This document shows positions 1 to 11,900 of a stretch of 64,000 bases of DNA, in pieces. Source of the DNA: Acanthaster planci (lineage: Eukaryota); contig NW_019091360.1 in NCBI RefSeq assembly GCF_001949145.1, positions 2,912,864 through 2,976,863 of the forward strand. The letters are read 5' to 3'. The first letter of the stretch is position 1; every line of letters begins with the position of its first letter. The notes under the pieces were generated by a model, which had not been told where the DNA came from, made no database searches, and saw only the letters and a program-made list of their open reading frames with translations. Both the position numbers and the translations under genes were made by a program.

Positions 1-693
1 TTTCCCAATATCACGTCTATATTGGTAAGTTTTATGAAATCATATCGAAGGTGGATTTTTCTTTAACAGACAATTCCGTAGAGGGTGTAAAAGTGCCAAA
101 GATACGGTCTACACCGTACGTAAAAGTTAAGAATTCTCGTATTGTTCAGGATCTTTGGTGAAACGTGCAACAGCAGTAGAGCGCTGAAGCGCTATTGCGA
201 ACCCATTCTCGCTGCGGATCTAGCCAAGCAGAAGGAGCCCGTGCACACCCACTCACCAATCAAGTAACGTTAAACGCGGGAAACGCCACCCGTACTGATC
301 GCCAAAAATGCCCGGGGCTGAACCCCAAACTGAGATATGCCAAAGTGGCATCGATTCCAGAGCCCAGGCAGGTACTGGCAGGTAGAAAGATAATAATGAG
401 GATCACGGTGCTGTACCCACCGCCAACAGCGACAGTGATCGTGCATCGCGTGCACGGCCAGCTTCTGTTAGGTCAAAAGACGCTCACGCCAAAGGTGAAA
501 AACACATGATTGTGTGACAGATAGAATACAAGAGTTCCTACCGATTGGTTTAGTTGCTATTAAAAACTAACAGACCGTACAAACCAATCAGGGACACGTG
601 AAAATATATTCCCTTAGAATTTCTGGTGGCTCAGTCCAGTCCCTTACTCATCAATGGAATACAAGAAGAGAATTTGCCACAAAAGCAAGAATC

Positions 694-891
694 TACCCGC
701 CTTGAAGAAGTACCCCCTCATCGGTTGAAAAGAGCTATGTTGGTGGGGGCTGTCCATTTTGTTGGCAGCGACGCAACCGCAACGCATGCATTTCATAGTC
801 GTCCGTGAGCCAAAGAATAGCAGTTCCCACCAAAAAAGCCTCCGTTTCCAAGAAAACTGCGCCCTCTCTTTGTCCCGCTCGGGACCCGTAG
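694..891 (-). repeat. Dispersed ~195 bp repeat family B, copy 1
   Basis: Reverse complement (CTACGGGTCCCGAGCGGGACAAAGAGAGGGCGCAG...GAAATGCATGCGTTGCGGT...TCTTTTCAACCGATGAGGGGGTACTTC) aligns colinearly with 29855-30055, 35950-36141 and 49059-49247. Confidence 0.9.
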
Positions 892-1879
892 GCCGAGTTC
901 GGGCGGCTTGTTCCTGTATGTTCAGGAACAGCTCGATTTGTTGTTCGTGGGTCTGCCGCTCGAACGCCGGGAACAAACAACCGGTTATCGCTGGTAGTTA
1001 GTGACAAGCAACATGCAACATGGCGGTGTCCATGTAGGGTACGTTATTCGAGAGGTAATGTTTGGATGGGCAGAATTCTTTTCTATTTAAACAGGAACAT
1101 TCATGTCTGTGTTACGGAAAATAATTAAGGTTAATTTTGCAAAACTTCCCATTGTCTATGGCTTTGGAAGCCATCTCTCTACTTTTTGCAGCTGTTCAAA
1201 ATCAAAATCTCACGAGGTTTTCTGTGTGTTCCTGTAAAACCCTGACAAGGAGGTGGTGTGTGATCCTGTTCCGAGAACAGTGTTCTTGAGTCGTGTGTTC
1301 GAGCTCGAGAACAAGAAACCCGTGTCAAGAACAGGCCACCCGAACTCGACCATAGCGACGCTAATCCTGTTAACCCCCGCTAAAACTCTTGGTGGCAGCA
1401 GACTCACCACATCCCAGACTTCAGTCATACTGCTGTTGACAGCTTGGTACTAGCTACTTCTTTATCGTTCCCTTTTGGTCTTCTATTTATTTGTAAAATC
1501 TGAAACCATTTCATCGAGCACTTTTTATGAAATGGAACCTTCCCGGTCAACAAGGTTTTACAGCAGCGGCCACTTACCGCCTGCCAATGACACGCAACGG
1601 CTCACTCGTTAATTGTCACGTCTGGCCCTGCAGAGTTTAGTGCGTGAAACTGTGCAGTCTGTCCTCAGGAACCGATGCGTTTCACACCAATTTGCTGTTC
1701 ATCTGATCTGACTAGACGATGAACTCTATATGACATAGCGCCGTCGATTTTACAGTGGGTTTGGTTAAGTTTACGTAAGAATGTCGTTTACCAGCGCCTG
1801 AACAGACGCGGGAGACTAAAGGTTGACTACATTGTGTGCGTGTGTGTCGGGGGGGGGGCTGTGTACAGATGCGTCGATG

Positions 1880-2630
1880 GACAATTAGAACAAGGTAAAG
1901 CTTTGGACAAAATTACCTTCAAAGGAGAAATCAGGATAGAGATCCTTCAAAAACGGAAAGACAGATTATCCGCAGTCGGAGAACTACATTACGTGTGCGA
2001 TTTGGTCCAACAAGTGGCCTGCGCAGCAGCACACCTTATAGCCCGCATGCAATCCATGCCGTGGGCAGTTCCACACGTCTTAAGCACTGCCCACCTATAA
2101 CAAGCGTCCTTCTAATATGACACATACAGAGACTAACCAAAGGTCGACATTGTAAGACAAAAAGTCAAGTGTTACTACACACAGAAAACTGCACACCACA
2201 CTCGGCTATTCGCGCCCTGCCAAAGTTGGTGTCTAGTTTCCTACGGATTTGCCTCATACGGAAAACGGTCGAGCAAATGTTAGTTTTCCCCCAAATACCT
2301 GAAGGACATGCAGAAGCCTCTGATTACATTGCATGCATCACCGGCATACCAGAAAATCGACAATACACAAATGGTTTAAAACTTGATGTGACAAAAGCTT
2401 TTGATTGCAATGATATTCCTATGACACTTTTGCAAGGGGATGATTAACGACAGATATTAACATGGCTCAGATGGCTACGCACATAATGGGGGAGGTTAAA
2501 AACAAAATACTGGAAGGCGAACAGATGAAAAAAGGCAAAGAGAAACATTCTCGGTGCCACGCTGCAAACTTTATGAGACGTGCGAGACTGGTGCTTCTCA
2601 ACGACCCCTGAGCACGTGCGATACGACCCG
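1880..2630 (+). pseudogene. Highly degenerate non-LTR (LINE, CR1/L2-like) reverse transcriptase remnant
   Basis: Frame of ORF 2169 read through stops gives ENCTPHSAIRALPKLV (~ENYRPISLLSxLSKL), GLKLDVTKAFD (~FLDLSKAFD), LRWLRT*WGR (~LxWFxSYLxxR) and NILGATLQTL (~SILGPTLFLL) in canonical RT order. No YADD found. Upstream boundary approximate. Confidence 0.6.
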
Positions 2631-2680
2631 CCGCACTGCATTAAAGACGGGAATGACCGTACACGGCCTGAGCGAAATTA

Positions 2681-3664
2681 TTACGGTCCGGTTAATTGCT
2701 TAAGGGAAACGTACGTTTTGTTTTGACAACATCGTGTATTACAATAGCTGCCAGACTGAAGAATAATTTCTGAGACTAACGAAGGCGCATACAGAAACTG
2801 ATTTGGAAACCTTTTCCAACTCTCTGGGAATGAAAGACCTACAGACGATAGAATCATAGAGATTTCGGTGCCTGTTTTTAAAGTATCACACCTCTCACAA
2901 TAATCTTCTCGTATACCGTTTTGTCCGCCGGACTTGATTTCAAGATCGATTAACTCATTGAGGAGTCTTTTGAGCCTGGTTGAATAAGTATAATGTTGGT
3001 GACGACGTGAAAACGCTTGGGGCTGACTCGAATGCAAGTTATGAGTCTCTTTATTCTGTCCACTCCCAAGAAGTCTGCACAGTAAAACTGTAAACGCGCC
3101 AGCCCGCGCTTTGCACACGGGGGGAATTCTGGAGCGGGCCAAAGTAGTGCAGCTCAGACCTGGCAGTTCCGTCGATAATGCTCCTAATGGGAATATACCA
3201 CAGTCAGGTTTTGTGGCACTGACTAAAGTGCGGCCCCACTTGAACTTTTTTTTTAGTACAGTAATTCTCATTAAATTGGTGCTTATTGCCTCTTGTAAAA
3301 TGCCCTCTGTGGTACCGGTGGTGACTTCCTCGTCTTCGCTTGCCCATCTCTCTCTATCCCTCTCGGGTAATTTCCCCAAGACTTCTGCAGCAGTGTACGC
3401 AAAATGACGGCGATATATCGATTTATATTCGTGGGTAAGAAGGCCTGGGAGAAATTTTGATGAGAATGACGGGTTTAGGAAAGTGAGGAGAATGCAGCGA
3501 GAGGGGGGCAGTTTCGAAGCGGTGGTTTGCTTGAGTGACAATGAGGAGCTCGGAGGATTCTCGAAGCCAGAGCTACAGCCCGCACCTGATGCAGATGGCG
3601 TGGTGACATTTTGCAGCAGTTTAGGGGATGTGGGAAAACTATCGATTGCTCTGCTTCCATCCAT
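2681..3664 (-). CDS. Longest ORF (327 aa), unassigned; weak resemblance to a Sola-type DNA transposase N-terminal region
   Basis: Uninterrupted ORF from the track. S/P-rich N-terminus. VCKARAGAF and REDYCERCDTLK resemble, from recall only, the VCK..F and xxD-x-C-xx-C motifs of such transposases. No DDD triad recognised. Confidence 0.3.
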   Translation of the reverse strand: MDGSRAIDSFPTSPKLLQNVTTPSASGAGCSSGFENPPSSSLSLKQTTASKLPPSRCILLTFLNPSFSSKFLPGLLTHEYKSIYRRHFAYTAAEVLGKLPERDRERWASEDEEVTTGTTEGILQEAISTNLMRITVLKKKFKWGRTLVSATKPDCGIFPLGALSTELPGLSCTTLARSRIPPVCKARAGAFTVLLCRLLGSGQNKETHNLHSSQPQAFSRRHQHYTYSTRLKRLLNELIDLEIKSGGQNGIREDYCERCDTLKTGTEISMILSSVGLSFPESWKRFPNQFLYAPSLVSEIILQSGSYCNTRCCQNKTYVSLKQLTGP

Positions 3665-6540
3665 GAATATTTTACTTTATTGGATTTTTTTTTTCTAGCA
3701 TCTGATGCAGCAGGTGAGCCCGCTCGTCCGCTCATTCCTGTCACGAATCTATGCACGAACATGACCGATTGGTCAAATTTAGGGCCAAGGCTGTGAATAC
3801 ATAAAATTCATTCATAATTCAAGTGGCATCTCAATTGCTTAGTTATTTTCGGCAATGGAAGTTGCCTTTACAACGCAACCACTTGTATAGCACATACATT
3901 TAGGTTTGGCCTGTACATCATATCTCATGTACGCTGCAGTGCCATGCACGCTCAACAGAGCGTGAAAACGCCCTTAGATTCACGCTCAATTTTTTGACAG
4001 TCACATCGTGGTACAAAATACAGTTTAACCGACTCGAAAACTTCTCTGTTGATCTCCCCCAAAAGCAATGGGTACGAAATCAAAGTGGAGGCAATTTAAC
4101 AAATAATGACGACCTTTCAGCTAACTTCACAAAACAACGGCATAGCAGTTAACAGAACAAGCCTGGTCAGACAACGTAATGGCTGCGTGTTATGGCTGTG
4201 AAGGGCTGCACCCAAAAGTCTGTAGTCAAGTGGCTGGTGGAACCATCTGGATCCCATAAACGCGTGTTAAAAATAAGCCGCAGTCAAGTTAAACAGTAGC
4301 AGCTTGCAGGACATCGCGTTGAAGTCCGAGATGCCAAGCAGGTTGTTTTATCGCAGCGTCAAGGCTGCTGTCCAAAATCAGCTTCCACGTCCTATTTCGG
4401 CCCTAAATCAGGTCACGTCCTAGGTACTCAATTTAATTTGAAAACCTGTCCTGAGGATATCCAGTTCAATTCTGACACCATAATAAGACAACACGTCTGC
4501 CAATGCAACCAACTTGACTTCACATACAGATTCGAAATGGCCTTTGAAATAATTTCATGGTTGCCAACCTATTTCCAGGCTGGATTAACCTTGAACTTCA
4601 ACAAATTGTCAAAATGAAGAGAAAAAAATGGTGATATTCCTGGTGGTAGATTGGAGCTTCCTATTGTAATCCTGCCTCAATATGCATCAAATAACGTCAA
4701 TAGTCTGTTATTGGGCTTTAACCAAGACTCTCAGCTATGACACTGAAGACGTGCGTAGGCGGGGCTGAAAATTTTCTATCATAATGCTCATCCATCGAAA
4801 AAGATGAATTGCGATGGAGGAACGGCGTGGGTGTTTTCTGGCGCAGAACGGTATTCTGCATTTCAGGGATTGTTTTTTGGCGTAGTCGTAGCCTGGGAAC
4901 CAGTGTACCGGCTGCTATCTGATCCGTGCGCGCGCTGTTGTTTGGCGGGGCGGTCGTTAAAAGGGAATATAAAACGTATTAACGCTGGACTTACGTCTGG
5001 AATTACACAGAGGGAGGCTTCAATGCATGTTTTCCTCATTAAAAAAAAGAAGAAGATAATTTCATGTATAATTTATCCCCACGACAACCCAACCCTATGC
5101 TTATATCTGTACCAAGCTACACTCTTTTGTAACTATGAATATCTTGAAAAATGGTCACATGTACAAACCTTTTGTTCTTCACATTTTTGTACGCATATTA
5201 CATAGTATTTTTATTTGCAGAGGGTTAAATGTATATGACGACAGATGTAAAATCAGTTGGAATGTCCTGGCAGTTGGCATGACTTTTTATGCGAGGTAAC
5301 TATTCTTTGGCAGTGCTCAAAGTCTGATCGTCGGCCACGCCATCCCGCCATCATTACACTAATACGTGGAGAACGCAGCAAAAGACGGTCAAATCAATAA
5401 CCCTGTCCCCCCATCGTTTAAATAAAATGCATGCAGCTATGCAGCCCGAGGACCTTTCTTGGAGGATATTTTACGGACATCTGGAATAAGCAAAAGTGTG
5501 GAGTAAAAAATTAGACGGGTATATACAAGACCCCCCATAAACATAGTCACGATTCCCCGTTGTAAACGTTGTAAATTCTCTACGAAGAAATCAAGCAAGT
5601 TCAAAGTTCAGTATTATCGTGCAAAATATCCGAAGCATGTCGTTACCAACATTTTGTCTTAAGGCGCCTTTCCATATGCACGTCAACACTATCACCAAGC
5701 GTTGCGTATCTGTCAAAATTTACGACCGAACGCGACGCAGACGTGTGTTATGTTTTAATGGAGTCGATTTTTGTGTCCGTCAAAGTGAAACACAATCATG
5801 AACGCATCGTATACGAAACGCACCCAGAAACTGACATAGAAAGCCACCTTTATACAACTCATCGATGCAGGAAACACCACCTCGTGTATCTCATTCTTCA
5901 GCAGTACTTGCAAAGGCGACTTGGTGTAGAAGATTGATCATTTTCATTATGACGTCGGTCTTCGCCAAATTGCGAAAACCCGCGTTTCACGACCAATTTC
6001 TACGTTCGGATACATTAAATCTGTAATTTCCAAACGGTTCGACGACGGCTGCAAGTAACAGGGATCGTGCACGGCGCCCACGCAAATTGGCGGATCTTTC
6101 TCAGGGATGTATCTTTCTTGCCATTCTATGAAAAAAAATTGGCGCGCAAACAGCACGTGACACGACAAATTCGGTTGCATACCACGGTCGGCAGGGGATG
6201 AGATTGACAATGGCTATAATGGAGAATTTGCCACAAAGAGTCGAGCGTGTTCATCCGGAACTTGACATTTTATGCGAACAAGAACCTGGGCATTGTGGAA
6301 TTACCAGGAAATGCGGCGACAGTTGGGGGGGGGGCGCAAAACGCGGTGTCAGCCTAAAAAAACTGCAAATGTGTTGTGGTTTTTCAATAATTTACTGACA
6401 GGATATTCAGACCACTAATCACCCGAATATTAATCTTGACTGAGCAAGTTATTATCCGCTATATAAGCATTTTCTATCTGCCTTCGGTAGGAGTTCATGA
6501 ATTCTGTGTAGATGCCTCGCATCTCGTGCACGGTCTCAGT

Positions 6541-8040
6541 GACTTCCTAAAGCTGCTTAGTCAATACCTTCTTTCCGCAAAGCTCAACGGATTTTCAAAT
6601 TTCTGATGAGGTTTGCTTCTTTTTATGCAAATTTAATAATTAATGTTGGCAATATGCGACTTTGGACGTGAACTCACTGAGGAACAGGTTTTAACGTGGG
6701 GTAGGGCCTATGTTGTATGGACCGGTAACTATCTGTTAATGTATTAATACGTGTCGGGTAATGGACGGACGGCCTTGGCCAGTCATTCCCCGAAAAACAG
6801 CGCTTACAATGCAATCTGAACGCCCAACCAGACAGATAGAAAGGGAAAGAGGCATTACCAATTCCTCGGTCGTTTTTCCATTACAATTACAGGTCCTGGG
6901 GGGGGGAGCGACTTGGGACTCGAACAGAACCCCGAGACGGAGGTCTCGGACTTCTACGCCCGGGAGCAAAGTTGGCAATTTGATGGGGGGATATCGGCAA
7001 AGTCTTGTCGACTCGGGTTACCAGACCCAGTCTCCGATGAGTACAGAGGGATCGATCGATCAGCCTCGCGTGGCCGGGGAACCTGATTGCTGAATTTACC
7101 GGCTAAATTTACAGGTGTACCGTTAAAGGCAACCCTAGTCCCGTTACAAAGCTTGTGAGCTCAGGAATCTTCAACGACTCTTCCATGCTTCCGATTTACT
7201 CAGAATAGAAATCACACACAAGGCCGTTGGTGATGTGCAAAAACGGTAATGCTGACGCCTGTTCAAGATATGTTTTCGCACTTATGTGGCGCAACAGCCG
7301 TAAACTGAAACAAACAGTCGTCTGGCACGGTGGTCTAGGGAGTAGAGTTTCTTTAGAGGGCGAGATCCCACCGAGTGTAAGGTTCAGCTACTGCATTGTT
7401 CGTCTGGGACCCCGTGGTAACTTCATAGGGGAGCTGAACACTAGCCGGGGGGTTCTCGAATCTGAAATTCTCTCTCCTCGAATTAAAAAAATGGATCCTC
7501 TTAAGTTTGGAGATCGGCTAATGGGTTCGAATTTCAAAACGGAGGATATTATTTCTTTTCCGTTTTTAAGAGAAGTGCACTTTGTAGCCAACCCAAAATT
7601 AAAACGGGGAAAATGGATGTAAACGTATCACCACCAGGTATGTAACTATGGGGTCTCAGCACGACACAAAACTTTCAAGGGGGCTTTTAAAAGAGCTTGT
7701 TAGACTTGTAATTTTGTTTAACGACACCCAATGCCGTCTCGTAAGGATGACGGGGGAAGTGACGTAAGGGGTACAAAGGTGGAAGAACGGTACACCGGAC
7801 GTCGGTGTTCAGAGAGCAAGTATTCCGGGTTGCACAAAAAATCATATACTTGTCGCGAAATCAGTGGTGTCTCGAGGTTCCAACTGAGAAAGAGAAACTC
7901 ATTGCCACCTTTTCTAGATACCTATAGTGAGTTGGTTGATGAGATTGTCTTACCAGAGAATTCAAAATGGGGAAAGGATGTCAAGTGCAAAGCTAGAGGA
8001 TGGTGTACAAAAGAGGGATCAGACGGGGGAAGAAATTGAC
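6541..8040 (+). mobile_element. Degenerate Ty3/Gypsy LTR-retrotransposon internal remnant (gag, PR, RNase H end, integrase)
   Basis: In order: LAICDFGRELTEEQ (~6646, gag-like LAxxCxFG), LVDSG (7004-7018, retropepsin), NGNADACSR (NADACSR at 7248-7268, ~NxxADALSR), C*TC (~7700, IN zinc finger), FLDTYS (7911-7928, ~VDxYSK), SDGG (8019-8030, ~SDNG). No LTRs seen. Confidence 0.6.
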
Positions 8041-8330
8041 TCATCAAATCAGGGGTTCTCTGAGGCTGACTCAATTTGAATAATTAAATATTTCACCTTT
8101 CATTCGAGCAACCATTTGTTTGTGCCAGATTCCCACAAGAACAGGAACAAGATATGCATATCTATATAAGTAGAAGTAAAAAAGAACCTGGCAAAGGAAT
8201 TTTTTGGCTTTATCGTTGGTCTTGTGCATAAGATGCCTTTAACTTGCGTTACCTTTTGAATCATGCTTTAGAATGCCACTTTGTGCTCAAATAATTTACG
8301 TTTTCCTCTGTTATTTCACTGATTGTGACC

Positions 8331-8416
8331 TCCGAATAATCGATTTAGAAAATGCACATCTGACTATCCGACCAATGAATGAATATCCGAATATTCCAAA
8401 AGTTGGCACATCGCTA
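8331..8416. mobile_element. Possible hAT-type non-autonomous element end
   Basis: Repeated CGAATA/GAATAT motifs ending in GGCACATCGCTA, the same architecture as 51170-51219 (GGCACAGCCCTA). Its reverse complement resembles TAGGG(A/C)TG-type hAT termini. Confidence 0.35.
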
Positions 8417-8446
8417 ATTTGAACCCAGCAACTGGCGATTATATGA

Positions 8447-8900
8447 AAACATCATTAGACCCCAAGAGGTTCGCATGCTGTCAGGTTGAGAAGTTGCTAG
8501 TGATGTAAATGAATGGTTGGATTGTATCTACACCAGGCTGCTTCAATCTTATATAAACCCGCAATAAAACTGGCAGATTTTCCAATGACCCTTGAGCACG
8601 CGTCCGGACAAATTAAAGTTGGTTCTCACATTACTGATGAGTGGCATTTATAAACTGAAAAAAATCACTTGATAGCGAAGAGGGACAAGGGTCAAATTGA
8701 CGGCATAACTGTAGTCGGACGGTTGACACAGCGCGATATGAACAGATTTACTGTTCCACATTTTCACCTCGGAACAAGAGACCAGGTACTAGTTTTTCTA
8801 AGCTAGATGTACTGCTCCTAAGAGCACATATTTATAAGACTGAGTTCAGTCATAATTTTGAAAGGCAGGATGCATCTTCTGTGCCGTAAACGGTGAAGTG
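8447..8900 (+). pseudogene. Degenerate BEL/Pao retrotransposon pol (pre-integrase) remnant
   Basis: SLDPKRF..KLL (~LDxxRFSSxxKL), then in another frame DGITVVGRLTQRDMNRFTVPHFHL (DGITVVGRL at 8699-8725, ~DGLLRVGGRL...KHPIIL) and IILKGR (~WIxKGR). Confidence 0.4.
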
Positions 8901-11900
8901 CACCATAGTTGTGCACATCCAAAAGAGCTTAATGACACTCAGTGAAGCCAGTGTATAATTGCGGCTATACAGACTGCGTGGGCAGAGAAGATGGCGTTGT
9001 ATGGTCTACTTTAAGAGGTTGGTGAATGAAACACTAACGTCTTGTTCCCGAGAAGATTGGGGAGTTGGTCAGTGTTGATGTGAATGCATACGAAGCCGCT
9101 GCGCCTTCGCATAAGAGTTGCTGGTTGAGCACGGCAAATGGCGAATGGTAATTATTAGGTGTTGAATTTTCGCATTCAGTGTATATACTCGTCAAAACAA
9201 AAGTCGAGTTAATGCCCAGAGATTTTAAGGTAACTGAACGCGTGTAATACGAATGCCACTTGTGATACAATCCATCTTTTCCACCACATATAAAACGATA
9301 GAATTCAAGTGTCTTGCGAATTTAAGACACGGTATTCAATTGTAAGTAATGCTCTCAAATGTCAACCGTAAGACGCACTTGACATTCTAAGGAAATGTAA
9401 AGAAAATCATCACCCACCATGAAAATACCACAGTACAAATTCCGAAGGTAAAATGCCGAAGGTCTCCGAGACATGCGGCCCCTGTGGCAGCGCGATGCCG
9501 ATGGGGTTGAGTGGGCGGACTGTCTCCGCTTCAGCCTGTCGGTGTTTGAGAAGGGTCGACGGGCTGAGCGGATGTTTGGAGAATGACTTGGCAGGGCAAG
9601 GGAAACATTGATAGAGACTTTAAAAAAAGAGCAATACGCGCACGACGAGGCTTCAAGATCGGGCTTTCAATTAACTTGACCTATCGGGTAGATGGTAGTG
9701 ACGGGCAAAAAGCTTTCGACTGAAGGAACTGTCATCTCGACTGTTCCCATATTAACTCATGAAAACGAAGAATTCCTCAGAGAATCTCCTGCTTTTAAAG
9801 AGAGCAGTTCTCAGACAAGTAAAGTGAAACACAGATTATGTACGGCACACTGAATCAAAATGTGTGATCGCGGTGCATATCTTTTTTCCACTTGCGAAGG
9901 GGGCGACACGGTTTTCAGGTGAATTACATGGAGGAGGACGAAGACCACAGCCTGAAAAATAATATACACCGATGAGGTATATGCAACTCATGACAGCCAG
10001 CAACGATTAGTGAAATGAACAGAAACGACAGCAGGGACCTTGTGGGAAAAGGCTCACTATCCCTGCCACTGGCGTGACCAGGACAATGTTGACAACCTAG
10101 GGTAGGTCTATGATGCTCACGGCTCTGTTGATGCTGTCACCGTAAATGAAGACTGAAAAAAGCCCCTCACAACACAATAAAAACAAACCTTCCCAATCAT
10201 TTGCAATTAAATTTTTTTCCGCCACAGTCGACGCATCGAGGAGGAGTGATATCAACCCTTAATTAATTACCGGTGTGCTGTTTTAATTTGTGGAACAAAG
10301 GACCTAATTCAATCACGAAGATCTCCTTTTAAAGGATCATTAAAACAACATGCCTGTGAATGTACCGATGGTGAAATCCACGCTATTACTGTTTCTTTCT
10401 GCTCTCCATACATGACCAGAATCCGCCGAGGCGGTTGGTGGAAGCGGGAATCCTCAGGAGACAGGTCCCTCGGCCGGACCATTCCGGATGCAATTCGCCT
10501 CATTAAGGGGCAATTCAACACAATCATGCTGCGCTCCACTTTGGCTTGTCTGAGCACTTAATTACCAGTGGCCATGTGCACTCGGCAATAAAGGAGCTTT
10601 TGTAAGACATGGCCCGAGCTACAAAGGAAAACCATTTTATTAATCGAGCCTTCCTCTCTTCAGTAATAATAAACAGAATGGGCCGAAGAGTAATCCTGCT
10701 GTAGTGTAATGGGCAATTGCACTTTTGACGAAGGTTTCCAAGGGGGGGAGGGGCAAGAAGGGCACCGAGTCTTAGGAGCAGATTGGGGTACCAGGTCAAG
10801 GATGCTGCGTTTTTCCTCTCTAACGACACCTGTGGGAGTAGGCCCTACAGTTTCAAACTGGCGGGACTTCGAACCAACAAGTGAGGGCGCAAATTAAACA
10901 AAAATGCGAAAACGCAAATATTGGCCTTCTACTGGCCATGCATGAGCTATCACGTACACACATGTACCTGGACGAAGCACGAACTCTTTACGCTCGGTAG
11001 AATGTAGAAACTGCTAAGAAAAAAGTCAGTCTGATCATAATTTAACCCCTGTTTATACACGTAATAAAAGACTGACACTTCGTTTTACGGAACGTGTCAT
11101 GTTTCCTATCCTCTGAAATGTCCTGAGATTCTAGCTGTTCCCATTTGGGCAGTTGTGAGGCAAAAGAAGTTTTCCAAGTGCATTATTCTGCCCCAAAGCA
11201 TCCAACTGCTGATGCCTTTGTTGGCAACATGAAGGAAAGGCCATGCATAGCGCAAACTCGACAGCGATGGCACTACCCTCGGACAAATTGAGTAACAAGG
11301 CGTTACAGACAGTACCAAGGAGAATAGGCACTACGTCTTGTCACCACAAGGAAAAGCTACTTATAAGTACCCTGTTCACAAGAGGCTAGTTGTCACAATC
11401 CGGCTACGGCTTGGTTCCCTACAACTGTCGGTCCATGAATAAAGTCACTAAGTCATTCGTAATATTTCGTAATCAGCTATGATCCATATCCTCGGATCAC
11501 TTAGCACAAATTGACTAACTTGTGACCGAAGGGAAGTTGTCTACTTCTTCACAAACCAGGAAGATGCCACAGATTGGTCTGCCGTGGCACTTTAATCGTA
11601 AGAGGCCCGAGCAAGGAAACTTAGGTATGAACTGAGACGTGGCGCCGCTGATATACTTTCCCGGTGCAGCGCGCCAAGGCCGCCTAAGCTCGAGTTACAC
11701 TTTAAATAGTTGCTTTGCTCGTCTGTAAAAATAGATCAGGAAGCCTGTGGGTCATCAAAGCAGCTAGTTCCAATCAGCAGACATTTCAGGCGGCGATAAA
11801 GATCGGCAATAAAAAAATGTTTGAGAGTTTTTAAATGAGGGAATCGATATCAAATGCGGAAAAGAAGCTTTTTCTTTCCCGCTTGCAGTTCGATTAACAG

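Noticed and set aside
668..6237. Exact 16-mer GAGAATTTGCCACAAA at ~668 and ~6222 as a fifth repeat B copy
   Set aside because: About one such match is expected by chance in 64 kb, and the adjacent sequence does not align with the B core.
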